Shown in pieces: positions 42,157 through 52,407 of a stretch of 64,000 nt of DNA; position 1 is the first letter of the stretch; each line of letters begins with the position of its first letter. The notes beneath the pieces were generated by a model. The model did not search any database. It had not been told where the DNA came from and worked only from the letters and a program-made list of their open reading frames with translations. This stretch comes from an uncultured delta proteobacterium (GTDB taxonomy: Bacteria; Desulfobacterota; Binatia; UBA9968). Position numbers and translations under genes: made by a program. Location of the stretch: NCBI GenBank assembly GCA_963816145.1, contig CAWFJP010000030.1, positions 160,001-224,000 on the forward strand. Reading direction: 5' to 3'.

Positions 42157-43197
42157 CTAAAGAATCAGCATCGCGTCGCCATAACTATAAAATCGATACT
42201 GCCGCTCGATCGCCTCACGATAAGCCCGCCGCACCAAATCGAGACCGGCAAATGCGGCGACCAGAATCAGCGGCGTCGACCCGGGCAGATGAAAATTGGT
42301 GATCAGGGCATCGAGCACGCGAAACTTGTCGCCGGGTCGCATATATAGCCTGGCGATGCCTTCATCGGCGGCCACCTCGCCCTTTTGCAGAGCGATCCAT
42401 TCCAAGGTGCGCGTGCTGGTCGAGCCGACGGCGATGACTCTGTGGCCGGCCTGCTTCGTACGATTGATTTTTTCCGCGCTGGCGGCGCTGAGCGAGTAGC
42501 GCTCCCCTTCCATGCGGTGATTTTCGATCTCCGCCGTGCGCACCGGCTGAAACGTACCGGGCCCGACATGCAGGGTCAACAACGTATGATCGATGCCCTG
42601 GGACCCAAGCCCCCTCAGCAACTCCGGCGTGAAGTGAAACCCAGCCGTGGGCGCCGCGATGGCGCCGCGATGGGCCGCATAAACGGTCTGGTAACGTTCG
42701 CGGTCGAGGGACTCGGCGCCGCGCTCGCGCCGCACATACGGCGGTAAAGGCGGCTCACCAAGAGCTTCCAACCGCTCATCGAATTCGCCGTCGTGGTGGA
42801 AATCCAAACCGTATCGGCCGCGCCCAAGGTCGCCGATCACTTCCGCCGTCATGTTCGCGCCGAAACCCAGAACGCTTCCCACCTGTGGTTTTTTGGCGGC
42901 ATCGACCATAGCGATCCACAAACTTCGACCGTCGTCGGGGAACCGCTCGATCAACAGGACTTCGACTTTGCCGCCGCTATTCTTTGTGCCGCGCAAGCGC
43001 GCCGGAAAGACTTTGGTATCGTTGAGCACCAGCAAATCGCCGACATCGAGAAAGTTGCCGAGTTCACCAAACACGCTATGAATAATCTCGCCCGTGGCGC
43101 GGCGCATCACCAACAAGCGCGAGCCAGCGCGCTCCCGGCTGGGAAAGGCCGCGATCAGCGACTCGGGCAACTGGTAATCGAATTCCTTGAGATCCAT
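42157..43197 (-). CDS. queA: S-adenosylmethionine:tRNA ribosyltransferase-isomerase
   Basis: FDYQLP, NDTKVFPARL, RYQTVYA, AAPTAGFHF, TNFHLP, YRFYSYGDAM. Confidence 0.97.
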   Translation of the reverse strand: MDLKEFDYQLPESLIAAFPSRERAGSRLLVMRRATGEIIHSVFGELGNFLDVGDLLVLNDTKVFPARLRGTKNSGGKVEVLLIERFPDDGRSLWIAMVDAAKKPQVGSVLGFGANMTAEVIGDLGRGRYGLDFHHDGEFDERLEALGEPPLPPYVRRERGAESLDRERYQTVYAAHRGAIAAPTAGFHFTPELLRGLGSQGIDHTLLTLHVGPGTFQPVRTAEIENHRMEGERYSLSAASAEKINRTKQAGHRVIAVGSTSTRTLEWIALQKGEVAADEGIARLYMRPGDKFRVLDALITNFHLPGSTPLILVAAFAGLDLVRRAYREAIERQYRFYSYGDAMLIL

Positions 43198-43270
43198 CGA
43201 AACCGATAAGGTAAAAGAAATTATGGCTGGCTTACTGCAATGACATTTTCACCACGCGGGGCGCGAACCT

Positions 43271-43300
43271 GTAGGGGGCAAGGCGTGCCCTGCCCCCCTA
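43271..43300 (+). repeat. GTAG-type REP element
   Basis: gtagggggca-aggcgtgccc-tgcccccctA: GTAG tetranucleotide plus GC-rich hairpin. Confidence 0.6.
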
Positions 43301-43356
43301 AGGGTGTCAATTATGCCCCGAAGCGACTATTAGGCTGGATGCGTACAGATCGGGAA

Positions 43357-44109
43357 TCAAGTGTCCTTCTTCAAGAACGGCGTCAGGAGATCGATCGGCA
43401 CCGGAAAAATCGTCGTCGAGTTTTTCTCCGAGGCGATTTCGACCAGACTCTGCAGATAACGGAGCTGCAACGCCATCGGTTGCGAAGCCATCACTCCCGC
43501 CGCATCGGAGAGCTTCTGCGATGCCTGGTACTCGCCCTCTGCGTGGATGACTTTGGCACGCCGCTCGCGCTCGGCTTCCGCCTGCTTCGCCATTGCGCGC
43601 TGCATCTCCTGCGGCAGATCGATATGCTTCAACTCGACGAGCACCACCTTGATGCCCCAGGGATCGGTCTGTCGATCCAAGATGTCCTGGATGCGGCTGT
43701 TGATCTTTTCCCGTTCGGACAAGAGTTCGTCCAATTCGCCCTGACCGCAGACACTACGCAGTGTCACCTGGGCGAGCTGCGAGGTAGCAAAAAGATAATT
43801 TTCGACTTCCCGCACCGCCAAATTGGGGTCAATGACCCGAAAATAAAGCACGGCGTTGACCTTGACCGAGACGTTGTCGCGAGTGATCACGTCCTGCGGT
43901 GGGATATCCATGGTCACCGTGCGCAGATCCAGTTTGACCATTTTTTCGATGCCCGGAATGACGTAAATCATGCCGGGGCCGCGCGCGCCGACCATGCGGC
44001 CGAGCCGGAACACTACACCGCGTTCGTACTCTTTGAGAATCTTGATGCCGCTAATAAGCGCGGCCGCCGCGATAATGATAAACGTCGCTATCGGTCCGAA
44101 TCCAAACAT
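43357..44109 (-). CDS. SPFH/stomatin-like (slipin) protein
   Basis: [51 protein letters not shown]. Confidence 0.95.
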   Translation of the reverse strand: MFGFGPIATFIIIAAAALISGIKILKEYERGVVFRLGRMVGARGPGMIYVIPGIEKMVKLDLRTVTMDIPPQDVITRDNVSVKVNAVLYFRVIDPNLAVREVENYLFATSQLAQVTLRSVCGQGELDELLSEREKINSRIQDILDRQTDPWGIKVVLVELKHIDLPQEMQRAMAKQAEAERERRAKVIHAEGEYQASQKLSDAAGVMASQPMALQLRYLQSLVEIASEKNSTTIFPVPIDLLTPFLKKDT

Positions 44110-44145
44110 GTCGCCCTCCTGTTGTTAGTCCGCCGCTTAGCCGCC

Positions 44146-45438
44146 CTAAACCCGGCGCACTTTTAGCATCATTCCATCGTAACCGATCACTTCGACCTTG
44201 GCGTTCACTTCGATGGGGTTATCCGCCCGGGCGTTCCAATACTCACCACGAACAAATATCTGTCCCGCCGGCGCCAGCGCCAATCTAACCTCGCCAACCT
44301 TCCCGACCAAGGCGTCCATTCCCATGCTCGGCTTAGTCTGTTGGGTGCGGAAAACTAAATAGCTCAGCGCCAGCATAATCGCGCCCACCGTGCCCACTGC
44401 GGTGAAAATGATGGTTTTGTCGACGATCAGATCCGAGCTCTCAGTATCGAACAGAAGCAGCGATCCGATGGCCAGCGCAATGATCCCGCCGATACCCAAG
44501 AAGCCGAAACTAGGCACGAACATCTCGGCAACCAGCAACCCTACACCCAATGCGATCAGCGTGAGACCGGTGTAGTTTAGCGGTAATAGTTGAAACGACG
44601 CCAATGCCAGCAACAAGCAGATCGCCCCCACCACGCCGGGGAAGATCACCCCGGGATGGGAGAACTCCATGTACAAGCCGAGCAGCCCGGCCATCATCAG
44701 CAGATATGCGATGTTGGGATCGGCCAGAGTATTTAACACTTTCTGCTTCAGGCTCATCTCATGACGATTTACTTTGGCGCCTTTAAGCGCCAGTACGTGC
44801 GGTATGCCATCAAGGTCGACCTTGCGGCCATCGGCTTGCTTGAGCAGGTCGTCGATGTCTTTGGCGACGATATCGATGACGTTTTTCTTGAGGGCATCGC
44901 TTTCGGTGATCGCCACGCTTTTGCGCACCGCCTGGATCGCCCATTCGGTGTTACGACCGCGCTTCTTGGCGATGCTCTCGCTGAACGATGCGGTGAAGTT
45001 CTCGATCTTCTCGCCCATCACGCCCTTGACCTCCTGGCCGCCGCCCGACACCGGATGGGCCGCGCCGATGTTGGTGCCCGGCGCCATCGCCGCCACATGG
45101 GCCGCCAGCGTGATGAACACGCCCGCGGAGCCCGCCCCGGCACCGCTCGGTCCGACCCAAACCATTACCGGCACCTGCGCGCCGAGCATCTCTTTGACAA
45201 TCGTGCGGGTTGAAGTCAGCAGCCCGCCGGGGGTGTCGAGCTGCACGATCAGAGCGCGGGCGCCCTTGTTTTTCGCACGCGCGATGCCCTCGCGGATGAA
45301 ATCATCCACCGCCGGATTGATGCTGCCGTCGATGGCGATCAAATCGACATGCGGCGCTGCGGCGTCCTTGGACTGCGCAAAGACACCGGCGCCAAGCGTG
45401 ATCAGCACAAGCAACAGAATGGTTTTAAGCGTTTTCAC
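44146..45438 (-). CDS. nfeD: NfeD membrane-bound serine protease
   Basis: LDTPGG, AGSAG, APGTNIGAAHPV, C-terminal VRGEYWNA; adjacent to the SPFH gene. Confidence 0.93.
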   Translation of the reverse strand: MKTLKTILLLVLITLGAGVFAQSKDAAAPHVDLIAIDGSINPAVDDFIREGIARAKNKGARALIVQLDTPGGLLTSTRTIVKEMLGAQVPVMVWVGPSGAGAGSAGVFITLAAHVAAMAPGTNIGAAHPVSGGGQEVKGVMGEKIENFTASFSESIAKKRGRNTEWAIQAVRKSVAITESDALKKNVIDIVAKDIDDLLKQADGRKVDLDGIPHVLALKGAKVNRHEMSLKQKVLNTLADPNIAYLLMMAGLLGLYMEFSHPGVIFPGVVGAICLLLALASFQLLPLNYTGLTLIALGVGLLVAEMFVPSFGFLGIGGIIALAIGSLLLFDTESSDLIVDKTIIFTAVGTVGAIMLALSYLVFRTQQTKPSMGMDALVGKVGEVRLALAPAGQIFVRGEYWNARADNPIEVNAKVEVIGYDGMMLKVRRV

Positions 45439-46189
45439 CGCGCATCACTTTAATGACTTGTTTGATGTCTTCCCAGACCAGCTTTTTGTCCGCCGGATTG
45501 CGCAACAAGTATGCCGGATGAAAGGTCGGCATGAGTTGAATGCCATGGTAGCTGGCCCAGATACCACGCAGCTTGCTGATCGGCACTTTGCTATTGAGCA
45601 ACGTCTGCACGGCGAATTTGCCCAAGCCGACGATGATGTCAGGACCAATGATGTCAATCTGTTTTTTCAGGAACGGTTCGCAGGCGGCCACTTCGTCCGG
45701 CTCGGGATTGCGGTTCTCCGGCGGCCGACATTTGACCACGTTACAGATGTAAACATCTTCCCGTTTGAGCCCCATGCCCTTGGTGATGATGTCGGTCAAC
45801 AGCTGCCCCGCCCGGCCGACGAACGGCTCGCCCGTGAGATCTTCGTCGCGTCCCGGGCCTTCGCCGACAAACATCAACTTGGCGTGAGGATTGCCGACGC
45901 CGAAAACGATATTCGTCCGGCCCGAGCACAGCTTACAGCGCTGGCAATCTCCGATCGCGGCGCGCAGATCTTCCAAGCTCGCCGCTTGTACAGCCACAGA
46001 AGTCTCTGCAAGCATGTCGAATTCGGTACCAGCCAAGACGTTGGGAATTTCACTGGGAGTCATGGGTTTCGGTAGCGCTGCCGAAGCTTTCGGCAGGTAG
46101 CGCAGCCCGGCCTGTTGGCGCCGCTCTAGATGGCGCTTGAGCGTGGCGCTTAACTCAGCCAGTTCTTCGCCGTCACTGGGCTCGGACAT
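45425..46189 (-). CDS. Uracil-DNA glycosylase, family 4 (Fe-S)
   Basis: CQRCKL, VGEGPG, PFVGRAGQLL, NVVKCRPPENR, TFHPAYLLR. Confidence 0.95.
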   Translation of the reverse strand: MSEPSDGEELAELSATLKRHLERRQQAGLRYLPKASAALPKPMTPSEIPNVLAGTEFDMLAETSVAVQAASLEDLRAAIGDCQRCKLCSGRTNIVFGVGNPHAKLMFVGEGPGRDEDLTGEPFVGRAGQLLTDIITKGMGLKREDVYICNVVKCRPPENRNPEPDEVAACEPFLKKQIDIIGPDIIVGLGKFAVQTLLNSKVPISKLRGIWASYHGIQLMPTFHPAYLLRNPADKKLVWEDIKQVIKVMRGENA

Positions 46190-46256
46190 TGGGAGAATCC
46201 TTTCACCGCCGGATCGTACCACCCGACACCAGCGCGAAGCAATAACAGTAGAAACA

Positions 46257-46811
46257 CTAATGGATCGAGGTGCGCACGACCAAGTGGCGCAACTGCTCGA
46301 CATAGATCGAGCGAATTCGATTCAGAAACTCGGTCGCCTGCGGCGTCGAATAGTCCGAATAGGTGTAAGACAATCCGTGAAATGCGCCATGGTGATAAAA
46401 CAGGGTGGCTTCGGCGAAAATCCCTGAGTTGAGATAGATGCGCTGGTTGGCGTTTTTGGTCGAGGCAAGAACGACTTTGAGTGTGTCGAGATAACCGGGA
46501 TCGAGATTGACCCGGCGACTGCCGGAAACTGAATCGCGGAACTTATCTTCGATCGCTTGGGTCTGGAGTTTGGCGGCAGCGAGTTCCGCCGCGCCGCGCA
46601 GCGACCGCAACGACCAGTATCCGCGCCAGAGGCGTTCGCCCATCTCCTTTTCGTAGTACTTCGACTCTTGCCAAGGCGTGACCACGCTCCGCGCATCGAT
46701 CTCCCCCAGCGTCGCCAGAAGCTCTGCTTCGACACCGGCAAGCAGCGCGAGCTCGGAAACCAAAAAGGAGATAAAATACTTCGCTGGCTTGGGCTCGACC
46801 GGCGCGCCCAT
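46257..46811 (-). CDS. DUF4416 family protein
   Basis: YYEKEMG..RRVNLDPGY..VLASTKN..RIYL..GIFAE..YTYSDY. Confidence 0.85.
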   Translation of the reverse strand: MGAPVEPKPAKYFISFLVSELALLAGVEAELLATLGEIDARSVVTPWQESKYYEKEMGERLWRGYWSLRSLRGAAELAAAKLQTQAIEDKFRDSVSGSRRVNLDPGYLDTLKVVLASTKNANQRIYLNSGIFAEATLFYHHGAFHGLSYTYSDYSTPQATEFLNRIRSIYVEQLRHLVVRTSIH

Positions 46812-46814
46812 TTT

Positions 46815-48020
46815 TCAGCACCGGCTCTTGAGCGCGAGGAAGTGATCGTAGATGCGGTCTGCCAATTCGTCTTTGCTCATGAGCGGTAGTGATTGCGACA
46901 CGCCGGTGCGGTCGAGAAGGGTGGCAATATTCGTATCGCCGTCGAAACCGCTGCCCGCTTCGGCGACGTTATTGGCGACGATCATGTCGAGATTTTTTTC
47001 GCGCAACTTCTTGGCGGCGTTAGCGGTCAAATCTTGAGTTTCAGCGGCAAATCCGATCAACACTTTGCCGTCTTTGTTCTGACCAAGCTCTTTAACGATA
47101 TCGGGATTGGGTTCCAGGCGCAGCTCGATGGGGCCTTTGCCGCGCTTTATTTTTTGATCCGCCGTAACGACCGGCCGATAATCGGCCACTGCCGCTGCCA
47201 TCACCACCGCCGTCGACATGGCAAACTCTTTGAACACGGCGTCATGCATTTCCGCGGCCGTCGTGACTGGAATCCTGCGCACGTCCGAGGGACATTCCAG
47301 CGCCGTGGGGCCGCTTACCAGTACCACCGCGGCGCCCCGGCGCGCCGCGGCCCGCGCCAACGCATAACCCATCTTTCCGGATGAACGATTGGAGAGGTAG
47401 CGCACTGGATCGAGCGGCTCGCGGCTGGGCCCGGCGGTGATCAAGATCCGCTCTCCTGACAGATCCTTTTTTCTGAGCAACCGCTCGACCTCATCGGCAA
47501 TTTTTTCCGGCTCGGGCAGCCGGCCTTTACCCTCGTAGCCGCAAGCCAGGAATCCTTCCGCCGGTTCCAAAATGTGATAGCCGACCCGGCGCAGTTTGCG
47601 TAGGTTTTCCTGCAGGATCGGATTCCCAAACATATGGATATTCATGGCCGGCGCGATCAGCACCGGCGCCTGGGTCGCCATAATTACCGTCGTCAAAAGA
47701 TCGTCGGCGATGCCGCTGGCGATCTTACCGATGATGTTCGCCGTCGCCGGCGCGATCACGAACAAATCGGCCGAATCGGCCAGGTTGATATGGCCGATCT
47801 CGGACTCTTGGGTGAGATTGAAGGTTTCGCTAGCCACAGGATTGCCGGAAAGGGTTTGAAACGTCAGCGGCGTGACAAACTCCATGGCGCCGCGGGTCAT
47901 GATGACCTGAACGCGATAACTTGCTTTGACAAGCAAACGCACCAGTTCCACCGCCTTGTAACAGGCGATGCCGCCGGTCACACCGAGAACGATGGTTTTA
48001 CCTTTATCGATCTTCCCCAC
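46815..48020 (-). CDS. coaBC: Phosphopantothenoylcysteine decarboxylase/synthetase
   Basis: GVTGGIACYK, APATAN, PAMN, LACG, DPVRYLSNRSSGKMG, AAVADY, GFAAET. Confidence 0.97.
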   Translation of the reverse strand: MGKIDKGKTIVLGVTGGIACYKAVELVRLLVKASYRVQVIMTRGAMEFVTPLTFQTLSGNPVASETFNLTQESEIGHINLADSADLFVIAPATANIIGKIASGIADDLLTTVIMATQAPVLIAPAMNIHMFGNPILQENLRKLRRVGYHILEPAEGFLACGYEGKGRLPEPEKIADEVERLLRKKDLSGERILITAGPSREPLDPVRYLSNRSSGKMGYALARAAARRGAAVVLVSGPTALECPSDVRRIPVTTAAEMHDAVFKEFAMSTAVVMAAAVADYRPVVTADQKIKRGKGPIELRLEPNPDIVKELGQNKDGKVLIGFAAETQDLTANAAKKLREKNLDMIVANNVAEAGSGFDGDTNIATLLDRTGVSQSLPLMSKDELADRIYDHFLALKSRC

Positions 48021-48228
48021 AGCGATAAACTAACCGATCCCGCCGGTCGGCGCAAACTTTTAGACAAGATGCAAAGCCGAGCGCCGATGACTGATAATGT
48101 ACCCGCAGTTGCAGCGATGGGACATTTTGTCACTAACCGTTGGCAAAACAGCTCAGCGTTTTGACCGTTCGCTGGCCCTAACTTCTCTATTTTGCTATCG
48201 GTGCCGCTGCCATTGGAAGGGTTCAGTG

Positions 48229-48244
48229 TGGCATGAATTTAGCT
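48229..48244 (+). promoter_or_regulatory. Possible sigma54 promoter
   Basis: TGGCATGAATTTAGCT = GG-N10-GC upstream of mlaA. Confidence 0.4.
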
Positions 48245-48346
48245 CCTGTTTCAGCCACCGACGCAGAGAAGTTTGAAAGGAAATAAAGCGCATGAAGACC
48301 GTTTCAGCTTGACCGTTTGCCGTGGTACATATAAGTCAAGTTAAAC

Positions 48347-49192
48347 ATGGTGAAGGAGTTGAGGATGTTTAGAACGTTTCGCCGATGGTTACCGAGAATA
48401 AGAGCGGCTGGAGCGCGAGTCGCCGTAATCAGCCTTTTGGCCCTCGCCGTTGGATCAGTACAGGCACAGGAAATTACCGCAACTGACGAGGCGGGAAGTC
48501 CGGAGTTGAGCGTTGTGGTCGCTAGCGACACAACCACCGAAATGGCCGCCCAACCAAACCTGACGGCCGCCGCCCCAGGGGATGACTTCGATGAGGACCC
48601 TTGGGAGGGATTTAACGAGAAAATGTTTAACTTCAACCGCGAAGTTCTCGACCGCTTCCTATTGAAGCCGATCGCCACGGGCTGGGACTTTGTGTTTCCT
48701 GACCTGGTGCAACGTGGCATCCGCAACATGTTCGACAACCTCTGGGTAGTCCGCCGCGTGGTCAATAATACCCTCCAGCTGAAGCTCGCCGGTGCCGGCA
48801 CCGAGCTTGCCAGATTCACCATCAACAGCACGATCGGATTAGCCGGCTTCTTCGATATTGCAAAGGACGGCTTCGGCATTGAGCAGAAGGATGAAGATAC
48901 CGGCCAGACCTTCGGTACTTGGGGCATGGGCCCTGGCCCCTATCTCGTGTTGCCCTTCCTGCCGCCACTGACCGTGCGCGACGGCGTCGGCTACGCCTTT
49001 GATGGAGCGATGTTCCCAGCCTCTTACTTTCTCCCGTGGTGGAGCACCCTCGCCGGGACTTTGACCGAGACGGTTAACGAGCGCTCGCTCAATCTCGACC
49101 GCTTCGAACGGGTCACAGAGAGTACTGTCGACCTCTACGGCGCTGTGCGCAATGCCTACCTGCAACGGCGCGCCGCCGCGATCAAACAATAA
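48347..49192 (+). CDS. mlaA: MlaA/VacJ family protein
   Basis: DPWEGFNEKMFNFN, RFTINSTIGLAG, EDTGQTFG.WG..GPYLVLP..TVRD, DLY..RNAYLQRR. Confidence 0.9.
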   Translation: MVKELRMFRTFRRWLPRIRAAGARVAVISLLALAVGSVQAQEITATDEAGSPELSVVVASDTTTEMAAQPNLTAAAPGDDFDEDPWEGFNEKMFNFNREVLDRFLLKPIATGWDFVFPDLVQRGIRNMFDNLWVVRRVVNNTLQLKLAGAGTELARFTINSTIGLAGFFDIAKDGFGIEQKDEDTGQTFGTWGMGPGPYLVLPFLPPLTVRDGVGYAFDGAMFPASYFLPWWSTLAGTLTETVNERSLNLDRFERVTESTVDLYGAVRNAYLQRRAAAIKQ

Positions 49193-49413
49193 TTGAACGC
49201 CTTCCATTCGGTACCAACGCGGAAGATCGGCAACGGTCTTCCGCGTTGCTGTTTTAGGGGAAAGTTGCTGGGAGATCTCATCTCATAGGTGATCCCAAGT
49301 AGTCGGCGAGTTCGAATCGGCGGCCTTTCGAGCCAGCAGACTTTTAATTCAGCTGCAAAGACTGTAAGGATTAGCCGAACCGACCAGCGCAATCGTAAAC
49401 AATCGAGACATCG

Positions 49414-50247
49414 ATGCCCATCGCAAGTCTGCCCACAGGCACCGAGCTTTACTTCGAGACCCACGGCGTCGGCGAAGCGCTGTTGCTGTTTCCCTCGACG
49501 GCGTTTTCCGGCGAGGTCTGGAAGCCCTTCCAAGTGCCGGCACTCGCCCCGGCCATGCGGCTGATCCTGCACGATCCGCGCGGCTGTCCGCGCACCAAAG
49601 CGAACCAGCAAGTCTACACCATCGAGCAGATGGCCAACGACGCGGTCGCCCTGCTCGATCACCTGGAAATTTCCAAAGCCCACTTGCTTGGCCACTCCAT
49701 GGGCGGCCGGGTCGCTTTGACCGTGGCGCTAAACTTTCCCGGCCGCGTCAATAGTTTGATCATGGCCGCCAGCGGCTCGGGTCTGGTCACTCGCGCCGGG
49801 CCCGATTGCATTCCCGGTTTGCCGCACTGGCTCGTGTTCGGCTTGGTCGAGAAAGGCTTCGAGAAATTTCTCCGCGACGAGTACTGTGAGTCCGAGGTAT
49901 TTTTCACCAAGGAGTTTCGCGCCGCCCATCCGGAGCGCATCGAAGAGTTCTTCAAATTAGCGCGCGCGACTCACGCCAATCTGTCCGAATACGTCCACTT
50001 GAGCATCGCCCGCCACAACTGGGAAGCCAGTCATCGTCTCGGCGATGTCCGCGTGCCCACTCTGGTGCTGATCGGCAATAACGACAAAGCGCGCAGCAAC
50101 CATCTGCTCCAAGCCGAAGCTTTGAAGAATCGAATTCCCGGTGCGGAGCTCACGATACTCGAAGGCCAGTCCCACGGCTTTTTCTGGCAAGCCCCCGATG
50201 AAACCAACGCGGTGATTCTCGACTGGGTATCGCGGCACGCATCCTGA
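49414..50247 (+). CDS. Alpha/beta hydrolase
   Basis: HDPRG, GHSMGG nucleophile elbow, VPTLVLIG, C-terminal His (QSHG). Confidence 0.92.
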   Translation: MPIASLPTGTELYFETHGVGEALLLFPSTAFSGEVWKPFQVPALAPAMRLILHDPRGCPRTKANQQVYTIEQMANDAVALLDHLEISKAHLLGHSMGGRVALTVALNFPGRVNSLIMAASGSGLVTRAGPDCIPGLPHWLVFGLVEKGFEKFLRDEYCESEVFFTKEFRAAHPERIEEFFKLARATHANLSEYVHLSIARHNWEASHRLGDVRVPTLVLIGNNDKARSNHLLQAEALKNRIPGAELTILEGQSHGFFWQAPDETNAVILDWVSRHAS

Positions 50248-50352
50248 CTCGTTGGGTGAAGCGCCAAACTCTTATCTTTCTTCCGTAACGCGACTCCAGC
50301 ATTTGTCCTTCAGTCGATATTTGCGCTACAAAGAGCCGCAAGGAGACCGACG

Positions 50353-51243
50353 ATGCCTTACTGTTATCCACCCGATCCCAACACGCGCAGACCCAAGTTC
50401 ACGCCGCCGCCTAACGCCTGCGACACGCACTTTCATGTCTTCGGCCCGCCCGAAGTGTTTCCGTTCGTCTCGACTCATGAATACACGCCGCCGGCGGCGC
50501 CACTGGAACATTACCGAAGAATGCTCGCGGTGATCGGCATCGACCGCGCCGTCGTTGTCCAACCAAGCGTGCATGGCCTCGACAACTCAGCGACCCTGGA
50601 CGCAATCAAAAACTCCAACGGCAAGTTTCGCGGCGTCGGCCGCATAGACGACAAGACGCCGAACAGCGAACTCAAACGCCTGCACGACGGCGGCATCCGC
50701 GGTGTTCGCTTCAACCTGCTCGACCGCCCGCGCGGCAACGTCAACCTCGAGGGGCTCGACCGCTGTATCGAGAACATCGCGCAACTCGGCTGGTCCTTGG
50801 ACCTGCATATCGACATGAAAAATTTGATCGCTCAGGAACAGCGCATTCGCGCCTGCCCGGTGCCGGTGATCATCGATCACATCGCGCGCGTCAAGCCGGC
50901 GCAAGGTTTGAACCAACCGGGTTTTCAGCTGTTACTTGACTTGATGAAACTCAAACATGTCTGGACCAAAGTCAGCGGCGCCGACAAGATTTGCGAGACC
51001 CTCGTGCATTCCTACTACGGCTTGCCGTTCGTCGAAGTGATCCCCTACGCCCAGGCGGTGATCGCCGTCGCTCCCGACCGGGTGATCTGGGGCACCGACT
51101 GGCCGCACTCGAATAACTTCGCCCCCGGCCACACGCCCAACGATGGCGATCTAGTGGATCTGCTCGCGGCTTTCGCTCCCGATGAGTCGATCAGACGCAA
51201 GATCCTTGTCGACAATCCCGCCGCACTGTATGGTTTCAAGTGA
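50353..51243 (+). CDS. Amidohydrolase, LigI (2-pyrone-4,6-dicarboxylate lactonase)-like
   Basis: ACDTHFHVFGP, VVVQPS, GIRGVRFN, IIDH, WGTDWPH, LVDNPAALY. Confidence 0.88.
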   Translation: MPYCYPPDPNTRRPKFTPPPNACDTHFHVFGPPEVFPFVSTHEYTPPAAPLEHYRRMLAVIGIDRAVVVQPSVHGLDNSATLDAIKNSNGKFRGVGRIDDKTPNSELKRLHDGGIRGVRFNLLDRPRGNVNLEGLDRCIENIAQLGWSLDLHIDMKNLIAQEQRIRACPVPVIIDHIARVKPAQGLNQPGFQLLLDLMKLKHVWTKVSGADKICETLVHSYYGLPFVEVIPYAQAVIAVAPDRVIWGTDWPHSNNFAPGHTPNDGDLVDLLAAFAPDESIRRKILVDNPAALYGFK

Positions 51244-51374
51244 TTTCCCAACTCTTGGGAGGAATTTGCCGTGATCAAAATGTCCGACGAGATGAAACGC
51301 AAGGGTGAAGGATGAAGTTAGGTATCAACCGAAGCAGAATTTTTTCCTTCCGCCTTCACCCAGCATCCTTAGTG

Positions 51375-52334
51375 ATGTTTGGCGCGCCGCTACTTTTGCT
51401 GGCTACCACACTTGTGATCACGCACCGCGCCTTTGCTGCGGATCGCATCCGCATCGCCGTCTCCAACCCCAACATGCCAAATCTGACCTCACAGATGGCG
51501 CTGAAACGCGGCTTCTTCAAGGACGAAAATCTCGACGCCGAAATTATCCGCATGAATCCCAACGTCGCCATTACAGCGCTGGCCACTGGCGATATCGATT
51601 ATTGCCAACTCTTCGGCGCCGTGGTCGGCGGCGCGGTTTCCGGGCTGCCGGTGCGGATCGTTGCCGGCTTTCTCGACAACTGGCCGATGACGCTGATCGC
51701 CCAACCGGAGATCAAAACGCTCAAAGATCTCAAGGGCAAAACCCTCGGCATCAGCAGTTTCGGGGCGACTCCCGACGTCGCCGCGCGGATGATGATCAAA
51801 CAGGCCGGCATCGATAGTGAGAAAGAAATCAAAGTGCTCGCCTTGGGCTCCGACGCGGCGCGGATGACCGCGCTGACCCAGCGCATCGTCGACGTCGTCG
51901 TCATGTCGCCCCCCGCCGACACCCAACTGGAAAAACAAGGTTACAAAATCTTGGCGCGAGCTTACGAGCTATTCAGTTTTCCCTACCTCGGCCTGGGAAC
52001 GAATCTGCGTAAAATCAAAGAGAAGCCATTAGAGATTCGCCGAACCATCAAAGCGACCGTCAGGGCCAATCGTTTCATTCGCGATAATCGGGACGAATCG
52101 GCGCGCACGCTGATCGCGTGGGGCAAGGTCGAGCGCGAATTCGCCTACGCTTCCTACGACGCGCTGCGGGTCTTGTTCAACAGCGACGGCGCCGTGCCCG
52201 ATGAAGGCTTGAAGCTGGTCATCGACCAAGCCCGGCGCAATGCCAAAGTAAGCCGCGAGATCGCGCCGAACGAAGTAGCGGATCTAACCTTCCTGCGCGA
52301 AGCCCAGGTGGAATTGGGAATAAAGGGGCGGTAG
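51375..52334 (+). CDS. ABC-type substrate-binding protein (NMT1/SsuA-like)
   Basis: Signal peptide, RGFFKDENL, DLKGKTLGISSFG; start placed after an upstream hairpin repeat (alternative 51312). Confidence 0.85.
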   Translation: MFGAPLLLLATTLVITHRAFAADRIRIAVSNPNMPNLTSQMALKRGFFKDENLDAEIIRMNPNVAITALATGDIDYCQLFGAVVGGAVSGLPVRIVAGFLDNWPMTLIAQPEIKTLKDLKGKTLGISSFGATPDVAARMMIKQAGIDSEKEIKVLALGSDAARMTALTQRIVDVVVMSPPADTQLEKQGYKILARAYELFSFPYLGLGTNLRKIKEKPLEIRRTIKATVRANRFIRDNRDESARTLIAWGKVEREFAYASYDALRVLFNSDGAVPDEGLKLVIDQARRNAKVSREIAPNEVADLTFLREAQVELGIKGR

Positions 52335-52356
52335 TGAACGGAGCGCAGCCCAACGA

Positions 52357-52391
52357 ATTGAACGTCTGGAACGGTTTGAACGACTTGAACA
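52357..52391 (+). repeat. 9-bp tandem repeats with T(T/G)GAAC core
   Basis: ttgaacgtc tggaacggt ttgaacgac ttgaac just before the RBS of CDS 52408. Confidence 0.7.
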
Positions 52392-52407
52392 AATTCAGGA
52401 GCACTTA

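Noticed and set aside
43240-46075. Long plus-strand ORFs (308 and 433 aa)
   Set aside because: Antisense shadows of the SPFH, nfeD and UDG genes
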